Positions 16,458 to 26,044 are shown, counted from the stretch's first letter. The stretch: DNA of 34,328 nucleotides from Sphingomicrobium sp. (GCA_046596505.1 JBKJMA010000211.1:1-34328), one strand, 5' to 3'. Numbers and translations: made by a program. The notes: generated from the letters alone by a model not told the origin.

Positions 16458-17396
16458 CTAGCCCCGTTCGCCCGTCGACGGCGGCGGCGGAGGCGGTGGC
16501 GGCGGGGGCGGCGGAACCGGGCAGGCGGCGGCCATGTCGATCACCGACCCATCGGCGCAAGTCTGGGTCGCTGGCGGTGGCGGTGGCGGGGGCGCTTCGA
16601 CCATCGGCGGCGGCGGCGGCGGTGGGGCGGCCTCGACACCGCCGAAGTTGAAGATCAAGCTCGCCAGCAGGCTATGCGAGCGGAACTTGCCGGTTTCAGC
16701 AAATGTCGAAACCGAAGTCGCGCCCGTCACTGGATCCGAGAACGCGGCACCGTTCGAGAAGCGCAGGCGCTTCGTCTGGAAATAGCGATATTTCAGCCCC
16801 AGATCGATGTTGGGGCTGATCGCCGTCGAGACGCCGGCGATCAACTGGTAAGCCATGGCGCTATGGCGCTGGCCGAACGTCTTGACCCGGGCCCGGCCCA
16901 CACCGCCGCCGCCGTAGATACGAAGGCCGGGGGCGATGTCATAGTCGATGAGGCCGTTGAGCATTGCCGACATGACGCGCGTGCGATCGTCAAAAGCAAA
17001 GCTGCTCGACGTAACGCCGCTGATCGGCGCGGTGTTGATCGCGGCCAGCAGCGCCGGACTGGCGGTGAAGCTCTTAGCGCGAGTGCGCTTGTAGCCGAGC
17101 TCGCCCTCAAGCCGAAAAAAACCAAAGTCGTAGCCGGCGATCACGTCGAGATCGACGCCCTTCTTGTAATCCGTAACGAACCCGCTGCCGTAGCTGTTGT
17201 TGCTTGTCGTGACCGTCTGCCCAAGCAACCCGCCACCAGTCGGCACCGACTGAACACGGGTCGAAATCACGTTGTAGGCGGTGTTGCGCGGGAACAGGAT
17301 GCCGCCCTCGACGCCAACATAGGGAGCGCCGTCCCGCGCCAAAGCCGGACTAGCGAGTGCGGACATGACCGTGGCCGCGACGATGAATCTGCGCAT
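16458..17396 (-). CDS. Outer-membrane beta-barrel protein (OmpA/OmpW-like TM domain) with Pro-rich C-terminal tail
   Basis: Signal peptide ALA|RDGAPYVGVEGG; GYDFGFFRLEGELGYK, YGGGGVG, YQLIAG, GLKYRYF, SLIFNFG; tail PPPP..TQTCADGSVI..CPVPPPP..GERG. No OmpA peptidoglycan-binding domain. Confidence 0.88.
   Translation of the reverse strand: MRRFIVAATVMSALASPALARDGAPYVGVEGGILFPRNTAYNVISTRVQSVPTGGGLLGQTVTTSNNSYGSGFVTDYKKGVDLDVIAGYDFGFFRLEGELGYKRTRAKSFTASPALLAAINTAPISGVTSSSFAFDDRTRVMSAMLNGLIDYDIAPGLRIYGGGGVGRARVKTFGQRHSAMAYQLIAGVSTAISPNIDLGLKYRYFQTKRLRFSNGAAFSDPVTGATSVSTFAETGKFRSHSLLASLIFNFGGVEAAPPPPPPPMVEAPPPPPPPATQTCADGSVIDMAAACPVPPPPPPPPPPPPSTGERG
16477..16630 (-). repeat. Low-complexity (CCG/CCN)n poly-proline coding runs
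   Basis: GGC/GGT/GGG triplet runs on the + strand encode three poly-Pro tracts of the OMP tail. Confidence 0.7.
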
Positions 17397-17793
17397 ATTC
17401 CTACCCCTTGTTTAAGTCCTGTGCGCCTCCGTAACGCAGCAGGTGGCAAAGATGTTAGGATGGTCGCGCCAGCAGGCAAATTCATCGGCGACCGTATCGC
17501 TAGTTGCACGATGGCATCCGACATCGCAGGCCATTCGATGAGGGGCGGTCGGTTCGGCCCTTGCGGTGGACACGTCTCGCAATGCCCATTCGCATCATTG
17601 CTTAGCGCGCGTGACATTGCGGTCAGGATTTCCCACGCTGAAACGAGCGGCACCTTCGCGGCGGAGCGCTCTGCCTTTGAAGTCTTAAAAGTAGGCATGG
17701 ACTACGACTCTATGTCCTAACGGCCGCATTAAAATTTCCGAAAGCGCGATTGAACGGCCAAAATTATCGCAAATCCAACGTTTTCCAGTTGGT

Positions 17794-19194
17794 CTAAGCA
17801 AGCATTGTTGGTCTTCGTCCATTCCAAGGCCGCGCCGCCTCAAGCTCGTAAGCAAGTCCGAGCAAAGCCGCCTCCCCCCCGACCGGTGCACCGAACTGCG
17901 CTCCGATCGGCAAGCCGGCAGCGGACCAAGCACTTGGCACACTCATCGCGGGCGCACCGACGACGTTATGCGGCGTGGTGTAGCCAACGTAGCGGGTGAG
18001 CCGTTCTGCCAGGATGTCGACGGGAAGGTCCGCTGCGAGCCAGCCAATCTCGGGTGGCGGCAACGACAGGACCGGCGACAGTATCACATCGTACTGCCCG
18101 AACCAGGCATCGTACGCTCCCCGGATCGACGTGAGGTAAGCAACAGCATGGTCAACGGCACCCGCAGGAGCGCCCTCGACGATTGCGGCCATCGCGAGAC
18201 TGAAGGGTTCAACGTCTTCAAAGCCTGCAGCGTGACCTAATCGTTCGCCGGTTTCCAAGAGAATATTCGCCGCGCCCTTCGACCAAGTGAGCAGGAATGC
18301 GCTCGCCATGCCGGCAAATGGCTTCGGCCAAGCTGTTGGTTCGACACGGTGGCCAAGATCACCAAGCAGTGTCGCCATTCCTTCGATTGCCGCGGCGACT
18401 TCGGCGTCCGGAGATTGGTCCGAAACGCTGTCGAGCACCATGCCGATGCGTAGCCGTTTGGTCGACGGACCGCTTATCATGCCAACCCGCGGCAGACCCG
18501 AACCGTGCGCTTCTACCACTGCAAGCAATGCGGCGCTGTCTCTGACAGTGCGCGAAACACATAGCTGAACGCTGAGCGGAAACGGGAAATGCCCCGGATC
18601 CGTTGCCATCGTGCGGCCGCGCGACGGCTTGAGTCCGAACAAATTACAACAACTTGCAGGAATTCGAATTGACCCGCCACCGTCGCTCGCATGCGCGAAC
18701 GGCACGACATGAGCAGCTGTCGCCGACGCCGCCCCGCCTGATGAGCCGCCTGCCGACCGGGTCGGATCCCACGGGTTACGTGTCGGACCAAACGCCAACG
18801 GCTCAGTGGTCGGAAGGAAACCGTGCTCGGGTGTCGAGCTCTTGCCGATCGGATTAAGTCCGGCGGCAAGCATGGTGTCGACAAGTGGGGATTGTCGAGC
18901 CGCCGGTGGGAGGCCCGCTGTCGCACGCGTCCCGGAACGTGTGGCAACACCGGTCAAATCGTCGAGGTCTTTGATGAGAAAGGGTACTCCGGCGAAGGGC
19001 AGGTCGCGGACCGCCGCTCGCGCTCGGATCCGGGCTCGTTCGAAGTCTTCGGCGACCAAGAAGTTCAGTTTAGGATTAAGGGCTTCGGCTCGTGCGATAG
19101 CGGCGTCGATGACCTCGAGCGGCGAAACCGCTCCGGATTTAATCGCGGCCGCTGTTTCAGTTGCGTCCCAATCAGCCATGCTCATTGCGCTCAT
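17794..19194 (-). CDS. Amidase signature family enzyme (6-aminohexanoate-cyclic-dimer hydrolase-like)
   Basis: RBS AGAGGAG then ATG 19194; GVPFLIKD (Lys), [48 protein letters not shown]. Confidence 0.92.
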   Translation of the reverse strand: MSAMSMADWDATETAAAIKSGAVSPLEVIDAAIARAEALNPKLNFLVAEDFERARIRARAAVRDLPFAGVPFLIKDLDDLTGVATRSGTRATAGLPPAARQSPLVDTMLAAGLNPIGKSSTPEHGFLPTTEPLAFGPTRNPWDPTRSAGGSSGGAASATAAHVVPFAHASDGGGSIRIPASCCNLFGLKPSRGRTMATDPGHFPFPLSVQLCVSRTVRDSAALLAVVEAHGSGLPRVGMISGPSTKRLRIGMVLDSVSDQSPDAEVAAAIEGMATLLGDLGHRVEPTAWPKPFAGMASAFLLTWSKGAANILLETGERLGHAAGFEDVEPFSLAMAAIVEGAPAGAVDHAVAYLTSIRGAYDAWFGQYDVILSPVLSLPPPEIGWLAADLPVDILAERLTRYVGYTTPHNVVGAPAMSVPSAWSAAGLPIGAQFGAPVGGEAALLGLAYELEAARPWNGRRPTMLA

Positions 19195-19343
19195 GCCAGC
19201 CTCTCCTCTTTGTCGTCGCGACGCTTTCTGGCGGGTAGGACGAGCTGCGGCAATGGCTCGGGGCAGTCGAGACCGGACAGTCGCCCGAGGGGTGACAGGG
19301 CGCCGCCTGTGAGCCATGATCATTGGCAACGTTGCGAGGTGAT

Positions 19344-19796
19344 ATGGCGGGACTTTATTTCGATCAGTTCAGCATCGGTCAGCGCTTCGTCCACGAGGTG
19401 AGGCGGACCGTTACCGACATGGATAATATGTTGTTCTCGACGCTGACGATGAACCCGGCGGCGATCCATATCGATCACGAATATGCCAAGGGGACCGAGT
19501 TCGGCCGGCCGCTGATGAACTCGCTGTTTACGCTCGGACTGGTGATCGGGCTGTCGGTGATCGACACGACCTTCGGCACGACGGTCGGCAACTTGGGCTT
19601 CGAGCATACGAGCTTCCCCAAACCGGTCTTCTCCGGTGACACGATCCGCGCCGAGACCGAGGTCATGGCACTGCGCGAAAGCAAGTCGCGCCCGACCCAG
19701 GGCCTCGTGACCTTCCTCCACGTCGCTTATAACCAGCACGACGACATCGTCTGCAAATGCCACCGTGTCGCCCTGATGATGATGACCCCGGCATGA
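19344..19796 (+). CDS. MaoC family (hot-dog fold) acyl-CoA dehydratase
   Basis: GAGGTG RBS; MAGLYFDQF, RTVTDMDN, MNPAAIHID..YA, FPKPVFSGDT. Confidence 0.9.
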   Translation: MAGLYFDQFSIGQRFVHEVRRTVTDMDNMLFSTLTMNPAAIHIDHEYAKGTEFGRPLMNSLFTLGLVIGLSVIDTTFGTTVGNLGFEHTSFPKPVFSGDTIRAETEVMALRESKSRPTQGLVTFLHVAYNQHDDIVCKCHRVALMMMTPA

Positions 19797-20665
19797 CCAT
19801 GCGCAGCTGGCTGTTCGTGCCCGGCGACAGCGAGAAGAAAGCTGCGAAGGCCGCGACCAGCGGCGCCGACGTACTGATCTTCGACCTTGAGGATTCGGTC
19901 GCCGCCGCCAGCAAGGACGCGGCGCGGAGCCATGTCGCCGAACTGATCGGTCGGCGTGAGGCGCGCGACTGGTCGTTGTGGGTCCGCGTCAACCCGTTCG
20001 ACGGCGGGCTGACCATGACCGATCTCGACGCGGTCGTCCGCCCCGGGCTCGATGGCATTCTCCTGCCCAAGCCCGAGGGTGGCCCCGACGTCGTACGGCT
20101 CGCCGCCGCGATCGAGGAGCGCGAGGCGAAGGCCGGCATGACCAATGGCAGCGTGAAGATCGCGGTCGTCGCGACCGAAACACCGACCGCCGTCTTCTCG
20201 CTGGGCAGCTATGCCCCGGCGCATCCCCGTCTCGCCGCGCTGACCTGGGGCGCGGAGGATCTCGCCGCCGCGGTCGGGTCGACCGGCAACCGCGACGAGG
20301 CGGGCGATTGGACGGAGCCCTATGCGCTGGTCCGCAGCCTGGCGCTGTTCGCCGCCAGCGCCGCCCGCACCACGCCGATCGACACGCTGTACGCCGACTT
20401 CCGCGACCGTGAGGGGCTCGAGCGCGACTGCCGCCGCTCACGTCGCGACGGCTTTCTCGGGCGACTGGCGATCCACCCGGGACAGGTCGAGACGATCAAC
20501 CGCTGCTATACCCCGTCGGCGGCTGCGCTCGCATGGGCAACGCGCATTGTCGAGACGTTCGCGGCCAATCCGGGGGCGGGAACGCTCGGCCTCGACGGCA
20601 GGATGATCGACCTTCCCCACCTCATCGCCGCGCGCAAGACTCTCGCGGCGGCCGGCGGCGGCTGA
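19793..20665 (+). CDS. CitE-like CoA-ester lyase (HpcH/HpaI aldolase/citrate lyase beta family)
   Basis: RSWLFVPGD, IFDLEDSV, WVRVN, ILLPK, TWGAEDL, GFLGRLAIHPGQV, DGRMIDLPH; ATGA overlap with MaoC. Confidence 0.92.
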   Translation: MTMRSWLFVPGDSEKKAAKAATSGADVLIFDLEDSVAAASKDAARSHVAELIGRREARDWSLWVRVNPFDGGLTMTDLDAVVRPGLDGILLPKPEGGPDVVRLAAAIEEREAKAGMTNGSVKIAVVATETPTAVFSLGSYAPAHPRLAALTWGAEDLAAAVGSTGNRDEAGDWTEPYALVRSLALFAASAARTTPIDTLYADFRDREGLERDCRRSRRDGFLGRLAIHPGQVETINRCYTPSAAALAWATRIVETFAANPGAGTLGLDGRMIDLPHLIAARKTLAAAGGG

Positions 20666-20680
20666 GCATATGATCAGCCT

Positions 20681-21139
20681 CTATAAAATATAGCGCATCT
20701 TGAGCCGCTGTTCGCTGATTCCCGACGGAAGCGCAAAGCGGACGGCACCCGCGCTCGGCGGACCGAAGCGGATCGCCGGATTGCCGGAGAAACCGAAACC
20801 CTCGCGCGGAATCCCGAACCGTTTGTCGAGCTTGCCGTTGCCGTTGCTGTCGTGGATCATCAGCAGCGCCCACTCGCCCGGCGCCATATTCTCGAAATTG
20901 ATCGCCGCCGTATCCGCCGCGACGCTGGCGTGGATCGCGGTGGGGTCCTTGTCGCACGAAAGAAAGTCCTTGGTCTGCCGGGTCAGGCAAAACAACAGGT
21001 GCCCCTTGCGGTCGCGCAACCCCTCGACGTCAACCCGCAGGTTGGCCAGTGGCGGCGCGGGGAGCGGGACCGGCGAGGTCGCCGCCGTCGCGAGCATCGC
21101 CGCTCCGAGCGCGAGGACGCGCCTCGGCGAAGCTCCCAA
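20681..21139 (-). CDS. DUF2141 domain-containing exported protein
   Basis: LRVDVEGLRDRKG, PGEWALLMIHDSNGNGKLDKRFGIPREGFGFSGNP..FGPP motif. Start uncertain (TTG 21139 or ATG 21097); overlaps the crtG 3' end. Confidence 0.85.
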   Translation of the reverse strand: MGASPRRVLALGAAMLATAATSPVPLPAPPLANLRVDVEGLRDRKGHLLFCLTRQTKDFLSCDKDPTAIHASVAADTAAINFENMAPGEWALLMIHDSNGNGKLDKRFGIPREGFGFSGNPAIRFGPPSAGAVRFALPSGISEQRLKMRYIL

Positions 21140-21836
21140 GCCCTTCGTCGGTGCCGCAAAGGCGATCCCAGACCCGGAAATAAAGGCCGTAATTGCAGCG
21201 ATAGCGTTGGTGATGAAGCTCATGATGACTTGCCGTTATCAGCCATTGCCCGGCCTTTCCATGAACGAAGGCGCGGGGGAACATCTCCCACCCCATATGA
21301 TTGGTTACGCCCATCAGTGTCATGATGGCGAGCACGAGCCCGAGCGCGCCGACGTGGATCGGCACGAGGAAGACCAGCGCCGGGATCACCACCGCCCCGG
21401 TCAGCGCCTCCCACGGATGAAAACTCATCGCCGCCCACGCGGTCGGCGGGCGGCTGGCGTGATGGACCGCGTGGGCGATCCGGAACGGTCTTGGCCGGTG
21501 CATCCAGCGATGGGTCCAGTAAAACCAGCTGTCGTGCGCGAACAGATAGATGGCGACGCTCAGCGGCAACCACCACAGCGGGCGAGCGGCGACATCGGTG
21601 TAGATTTGCGTCCATCCGTGTCGCTGCCAGCCCCATGCGACGATCCCCGCCGGCGCGCCGTAAATCGCAGCCGAAGCTAAGCTCCACCCGATTTCGCGGC
21701 GAACCTGCGCGCGCTGACCGGCCAGCCGCCGCGGAAAGCGCCGCGCGGTCCACAGCGCGAACCCGCCGCTGGTGACGAGATAGCGCACCGCGACGATGAC
21801 GGTCATCGCGGCAGCGGAGAGGAGCAGGGCGATCAT
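21030..21836 (-). CDS. crtG: Sterol desaturase family; probable carotenoid 2,2'-beta-hydroxylase
   Basis: His boxes HDSWFYWTHRWMH, HAVHH, NH, HHELHH and NYGLYFRVWDR; divergent from crtY; resembles CrtG as I recall it. Confidence 0.8.
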   Translation of the reverse strand: MIALLLSAAAMTVIVAVRYLVTSGGFALWTARRFPRRLAGQRAQVRREIGWSLASAAIYGAPAGIVAWGWQRHGWTQIYTDVAARPLWWLPLSVAIYLFAHDSWFYWTHRWMHRPRPFRIAHAVHHASRPPTAWAAMSFHPWEALTGAVVIPALVFLVPIHVGALGLVLAIMTLMGVTNHMGWEMFPRAFVHGKAGQWLITASHHELHHQRYRCNYGLYFRVWDRLCGTDEGLGSFAEARPRARSGDARDGGDLAGPAPRAATGQPAG

Positions 21837-21920
21837 CGGCAGAGCCCTACGCGATCCCTTTCGCGAATGGGAGGGGGTGGGGGTGGCCCATGACAACGAG
21901 CCCCGCTAAGGGCCGCAACA

Positions 21921-23066
21921 ATGCCACCTCCTTCCCTCATCGTCGTTGGCGGCGGCCTGGCCGGTGGCCTCTGCGCACTCGCGCTGGCGAAGCATCGCCC
22001 CGACGTCGCGATCACGCTGGTCGAACCTGGCGTGGCGATCGGCGGCAACCACCTCTGGTCTTTCTTCGATGCCGACGTGACCGGGGACGGGCGGGCGTTG
22101 GTCGACCCGTTGATCGCGCATCGCTGGCCGGCCTATTGGGTCCGCTTCCCCAATCATGACCGGCGCCTCACCGAGGGTTACAACAGCATCCCCAGCGATT
22201 GCCTCGACGCGCAAGTGCGGGCGGCCTTGCCAGCCGACGCAATCGTCCACGCCAGCGCCACCGAGCTCACCACAACCTGCGTTACACTCGACGACGGCCG
22301 CCTGCTCGAAGCGACCGCCGTGCTCGACGCGCGCGGCTTTACCGCGCCCCCAGCCCACCTCGCCTGCGGCTGGCAGAAGTTCGTGGGCCAATTGCTGACC
22401 ATCCCTGCTGGCCACGGCCTGGCCGAACCGATCGTGATGGACGCACGGGTCGATCAAGCCGACGGCTATCGCTTTGTCTACTCCCTGCCCTTCTCGCCGA
22501 CCGAACTGTTCGTCGAGGACACATATTATACCGATGGCCCCGAACTCGATCGCGCCGATCTGGCCAGCCGCATCACCACTTACGCCGCCACACAGGGATG
22601 GGCCGTCGCCAGCGTGTCGCGTGCCGAGATCGGCGTGCTCCCGGTGGTCATGGCCGGCGACTTCGACCGTTTCTGGCCCGCTATCGACCCCGTCGCCCGC
22701 GCCGGAGTCCGCGGTGGCCTGTTCCACCCGCTCACCAGCTACTCGCTCCCTGACGCGGTGCGCTTCGCCATCTGGCTCGTCCGCGAGGCCCCGCTCGATG
22801 CAACCCTTGGCCCCGCGACCCGCACCCGCGCGCAAGCCCGCTGGAAGCGCGGACGCTTCGACCGGCTGCTCGCGAAAATGCTGTTCCGCGCCGCCGACCC
22901 GCCGGAACGCTATCGCATCCTCGAGCGCTTCTATCGCCTGCCTGCCCCGCTGATCGCCCGGTTCTACTCCGGAAGATCGACGGTAGCGGACCGGGTGCGC
23001 ATCCTCGCCGGCAAACCACCCGTATCTGTCTCGCGCGCGATCGCGGCGCTTGGGGAGAAATTGTGA
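21921..23066 (+). CDS. crtY: Lycopene beta-cyclase
   Basis: VGGGLAG, GGNHLWSF, QKFVG, PIVMDARVDQADGYRFVYSLP, EDTYY, FHPLTSYSLP, RFYRLP..LIARFY, GKPPV. Confidence 0.96.
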   Translation: MPPPSLIVVGGGLAGGLCALALAKHRPDVAITLVEPGVAIGGNHLWSFFDADVTGDGRALVDPLIAHRWPAYWVRFPNHDRRLTEGYNSIPSDCLDAQVRAALPADAIVHASATELTTTCVTLDDGRLLEATAVLDARGFTAPPAHLACGWQKFVGQLLTIPAGHGLAEPIVMDARVDQADGYRFVYSLPFSPTELFVEDTYYTDGPELDRADLASRITTYAATQGWAVASVSRAEIGVLPVVMAGDFDRFWPAIDPVARAGVRGGLFHPLTSYSLPDAVRFAIWLVREAPLDATLGPATRTRAQARWKRGRFDRLLAKMLFRAADPPERYRILERFYRLPAPLIARFYSGRSTVADRVRILAGKPPVSVSRAIAALGEKL

Positions 23067-24529
23067 AGAGTGCAATCGTCATCGGCGCTGGCTTCGGCGG
23101 CCTCGCCCTCGCCCTCCGGCTCCAGTCCGGCGGCGTGCAAACCACCATCGTCGAAGCCCGCGACAAGCCCGGCGGGCGCGCTTATCATTGGGAGCGCGAC
23201 GGTCACATGTTCGACGCCGGCCCGACCGTCATCACCGATCCTGGCTGCCTGATGCGGCTTTGGCGCCTGTCGGGTCATGACATGGCCGAGGACGTCACGC
23301 TCCTCCCGGTTACACCCTTCTATGCGCTCGACTGGCCCGACGGCACGCGGTTCGACTACACCAATGACGACGAAAGCCTGTTCAAGTCGATCGCCGCGCT
23401 CAACCCGGCTGACGTCGAGGGCTACAAGAAGTTCCTCGACTACGCCGCCGGGGTCTTCCACGAAGGCTATGAGAAGCTTGGCACCAAGGCCTTCCTCAAG
23501 GTCGGCGACATGCTCAAGGCGGCCCCCGCACTGGCCAAGTACCAGGCTTGGCGTAGCGTCTATTCGATTGTCTCAAGCTTTGTGCAGGACGAACATTTGC
23601 GTCAGGCATTATCCTTCCACACGCTCCTCGTCGGCGGCAATCCGATGACCTGCTCGTCGATCTACGCGCTGATCCACAAGCTCGAGCGCGACGGCGGGGT
23701 GTGGTTCGCCAAGGGTGGCACCAACCAGCTCATCGCCGGGATGGTCACGCAGTTCGAGCGCATCGGCGGCGTCCTGCGCCTCGACGACCCGGTCGAGGCG
23801 ATCGAGGTCGTCGATGGCCAGGCCCGCGCGGTTCGCACCAGATCAGGCTTCCGCGCCGAGGCCGATGCCGTCGCCTCGAACGGCGACATCGTCCACACCT
23901 ATGGCCTGATCGAAGGCGACTCCCGCGGCCCGAAGCAGGTCAAGGCGCTCAAGAAAAAGCGCTATTCGCCGTCGCTGTTCGTGCTCCACTTCGGGCTCGA
24001 GGGCAGCTGCCCCGACATCCCCCACCACATGATCCTGTTCGGCCCGCGCTACAAAGGCCTGCTCGACGACATCTACAACAACGGCAAGCTGGCCGCCGAC
24101 CCGGCGCTTTACCTCCACCACCCGACGATCACCGATCCATCGATGGCGCCAGAAGGCTGCTCAACCTTCTACGCCCTCGCCCCGGTCCCCAACATGGGCC
24201 AGGCGGACGTCGATTGGGAGAAGGACGGCGAAGCCTATGCCGATACGATCATCGACACGCTCGAGGCGCGGCTGATCCCCGATATCCGCAGCCGCATCCG
24301 CACCCGCTTCCATTACACCCCGGCCGACTTCAAGGGCGACCTCGCCGCGCACCTCGGATCGGCGTTCAGCCTCGAACCTGTGCTCACCCAGAGCGCGTGG
24401 TTCCGCACGCACAACCGCGATGACAAGATCTCGAACCTGTACTTCGTGGGCGCAGGCACCCACCCGGGCGCAGGTATCCCCGGCGTCGTCGGCAGCGCGG
24501 AGGCGACGGCGCGGCTGATGCTCGAATGA
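23063..24529 (+). CDS. crtI: Phytoene desaturase
   Basis: VIGAGFGGLALA, DKPGGRA, FDAGPTVIT, SFHTLLVGGNP, SAFSLEPVLTQSAWFR, GAGTHPGAGIPGVVGSA. Confidence 0.97.
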   Translation: MKSAIVIGAGFGGLALALRLQSGGVQTTIVEARDKPGGRAYHWERDGHMFDAGPTVITDPGCLMRLWRLSGHDMAEDVTLLPVTPFYALDWPDGTRFDYTNDDESLFKSIAALNPADVEGYKKFLDYAAGVFHEGYEKLGTKAFLKVGDMLKAAPALAKYQAWRSVYSIVSSFVQDEHLRQALSFHTLLVGGNPMTCSSIYALIHKLERDGGVWFAKGGTNQLIAGMVTQFERIGGVLRLDDPVEAIEVVDGQARAVRTRSGFRAEADAVASNGDIVHTYGLIEGDSRGPKQVKALKKKRYSPSLFVLHFGLEGSCPDIPHHMILFGPRYKGLLDDIYNNGKLAADPALYLHHPTITDPSMAPEGCSTFYALAPVPNMGQADVDWEKDGEAYADTIIDTLEARLIPDIRSRIRTRFHYTPADFKGDLAAHLGSAFSLEPVLTQSAWFRTHNRDDKISNLYFVGAGTHPGAGIPGVVGSAEATARLMLE

Positions 24530-25458
24530 GCAATCGGGAACGCCAACGGCTGGTCGAGGAGTCGGGACGGATCATCGCCCAGGGCTCGAAGAGCTTCCGC
24601 TTTGCCAGCCAGATCTTCGGCGAGCAAACCCGCGAGCGTAGCTGGCTGCTCTACGCGTGGTGCCGCGCGTGCGACGATGTCACCGACGGCCAGACGCTCG
24701 GCCATGACGCGGCCACCCCCGACGATCCGGCCGACCGCATCGCCTTTCTCAAGGCGACCACCGCCGCCGCGCTGGCCGGCAAGCCGACCGGCCTCGCCGC
24801 GTTCGACGCCTTCGCCGTGGTCGCCGCCGAATGCGCCATCCCGCCCGGTCTCGCCGCCGACCACCTCGCGGGCTTTGCGCGTGATGCGACCGGGTGGACC
24901 CCGTCAGACGAGGAGGCGCTGCTCAGCTACTGCTATCAGGTCGCCGGTGCGGTCGGCGTGATGATGGCGTACATCATGGGCGTCTCCGGATCCGAGCGCG
25001 ACACGCTCGACCGCGCCGCCGACCTCGGCATCGCCTTCCAGCTGGCCAATATCGCGCGCGACGTCGTCGACGACGCAAAGGTCGGGCGGCGCTATTTGCC
25101 CGACGATTGGCTGGCAGAGGAAGGCCTGGCCGGCGCCGACCTTCAGGACCCGTCACACCGCCCCGCCCTTGCCCGGATCGCCAAGCGTCTTGCCACGCTT
25201 GCCGACCGCTATCGCCTGAGCTCGAAAGTGGGTGCCGCCCGCCTGCCCTTCCGTAGCCGCTGGGCGGTTCTCGCCGCCGCGCGCATCTATGGCGCGGTGG
25301 CCGAGCGGGCCGTCGCGCTTGGCGACAAGGCATGGGACCGGCGCATATCGATCCCCCGCCGCGAGAAATTCGGGCTGGTCCTGATGGCGCTGGCGGACTC
25401 GCTTCGCACCCCGCAACAGGTCAGCCGCGAGGGGCTGTGGACGCGCGTGCCAGGTTGA
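24526..25458 (+). CDS. crtB: Phytoene synthase
   Basis: GSKSF, LYAWCRACDDVTD, YCYQVAGAVG, LGIAFQLANIARDVVDD, GRRYLP. Confidence 0.96.
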   Translation: MSNRERQRLVEESGRIIAQGSKSFRFASQIFGEQTRERSWLLYAWCRACDDVTDGQTLGHDAATPDDPADRIAFLKATTAAALAGKPTGLAAFDAFAVVAAECAIPPGLAADHLAGFARDATGWTPSDEEALLSYCYQVAGAVGVMMAYIMGVSGSERDTLDRAADLGIAFQLANIARDVVDDAKVGRRYLPDDWLAEEGLAGADLQDPSHRPALARIAKRLATLADRYRLSSKVGAARLPFRSRWAVLAAARIYGAVAERAVALGDKAWDRRISIPRREKFGLVLMALADSLRTPQQVSREGLWTRVPG

Positions 25459-25467
25459 GCAGGGAAT

Positions 25468-26004
25468 TCACGCTTCAGAGGGCTCCGAAGCGATAACCCG
25501 CTTGGGCGCCCTGATCCCGGCGCGGCCGCTTGCCGCGAGCGCCGCCTTCAGCTGCTCGACCGGCGGGGCATAGATGAAACCGAAACTGACCGTCCCCTCG
25601 CGCGTCTCGACCGCGTGGTGGATCCGGTGCGCTTGGACGATCCGCTTGAAATAGGTCGATCGCGGCACGATCCGGTGCGCCATGCGACGGTGGACGATGA
25701 CGTCGTGAAAAACGAAGTAAATCGCGCCATAAGCGGCGATCCCGGCCCCGGTCCACGTCGCCCAGTCGCCCCACCCCCAGCGCACCCCGCCCGCCAGCAG
25801 CAGGATCGAGGGGCCCGCGAAGATCACCGCGTAAAAGTCGTTGAGCTCGAACATCCCGCTGCGCTCACGATGATGACTCTCGTGCAACCACCAGCCGAGC
25901 CGCCCGTGCATCACCCACCGATGCGCGACATAAGCGACCCCCTCCATCACCGCGACGGTGGCGAAGAACAGCAAAAATCCTGCAAGCAGCGTCATGACCG
26001 CCAT
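25468..26004 (-). CDS. crtZ: Beta-carotene 3,3'-hydroxylase
   Basis: ME.VAYVAHRWVMHG, HESHH, FELND, YFVFHDVIVHRR, QAHRIHH, VSFGF. Confidence 0.93.
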   Translation of the reverse strand: MAVMTLLAGFLLFFATVAVMEGVAYVAHRWVMHGRLGWWLHESHHRERSGMFELNDFYAVIFAGPSILLLAGGVRWGWGDWATWTGAGIAAYGAIYFVFHDVIVHRRMAHRIVPRSTYFKRIVQAHRIHHAVETREGTVSFGFIYAPPVEQLKAALAASGRAGIRAPKRVIASEPSEA

Positions 26005-26044
26005 ATAGCAACGCCCGGCCCTGAAAGGGAGGGGGTGGAGTGGT

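Noticed and set aside
16477-16630. GGC repeats as CRISPR or phase-variable tract
   Set aside because: Degenerate in-frame triplets encoding poly-Pro; no repeat-spacer structure.
16305-17720. 471-aa Arg-rich plus-strand ORF
   Set aside because: Antisense to the OMP gene; Arg runs mirror poly-Pro codons.
21906-23075. 389-aa minus-strand ORF
   Set aside because: Antisense shadow of crtY.
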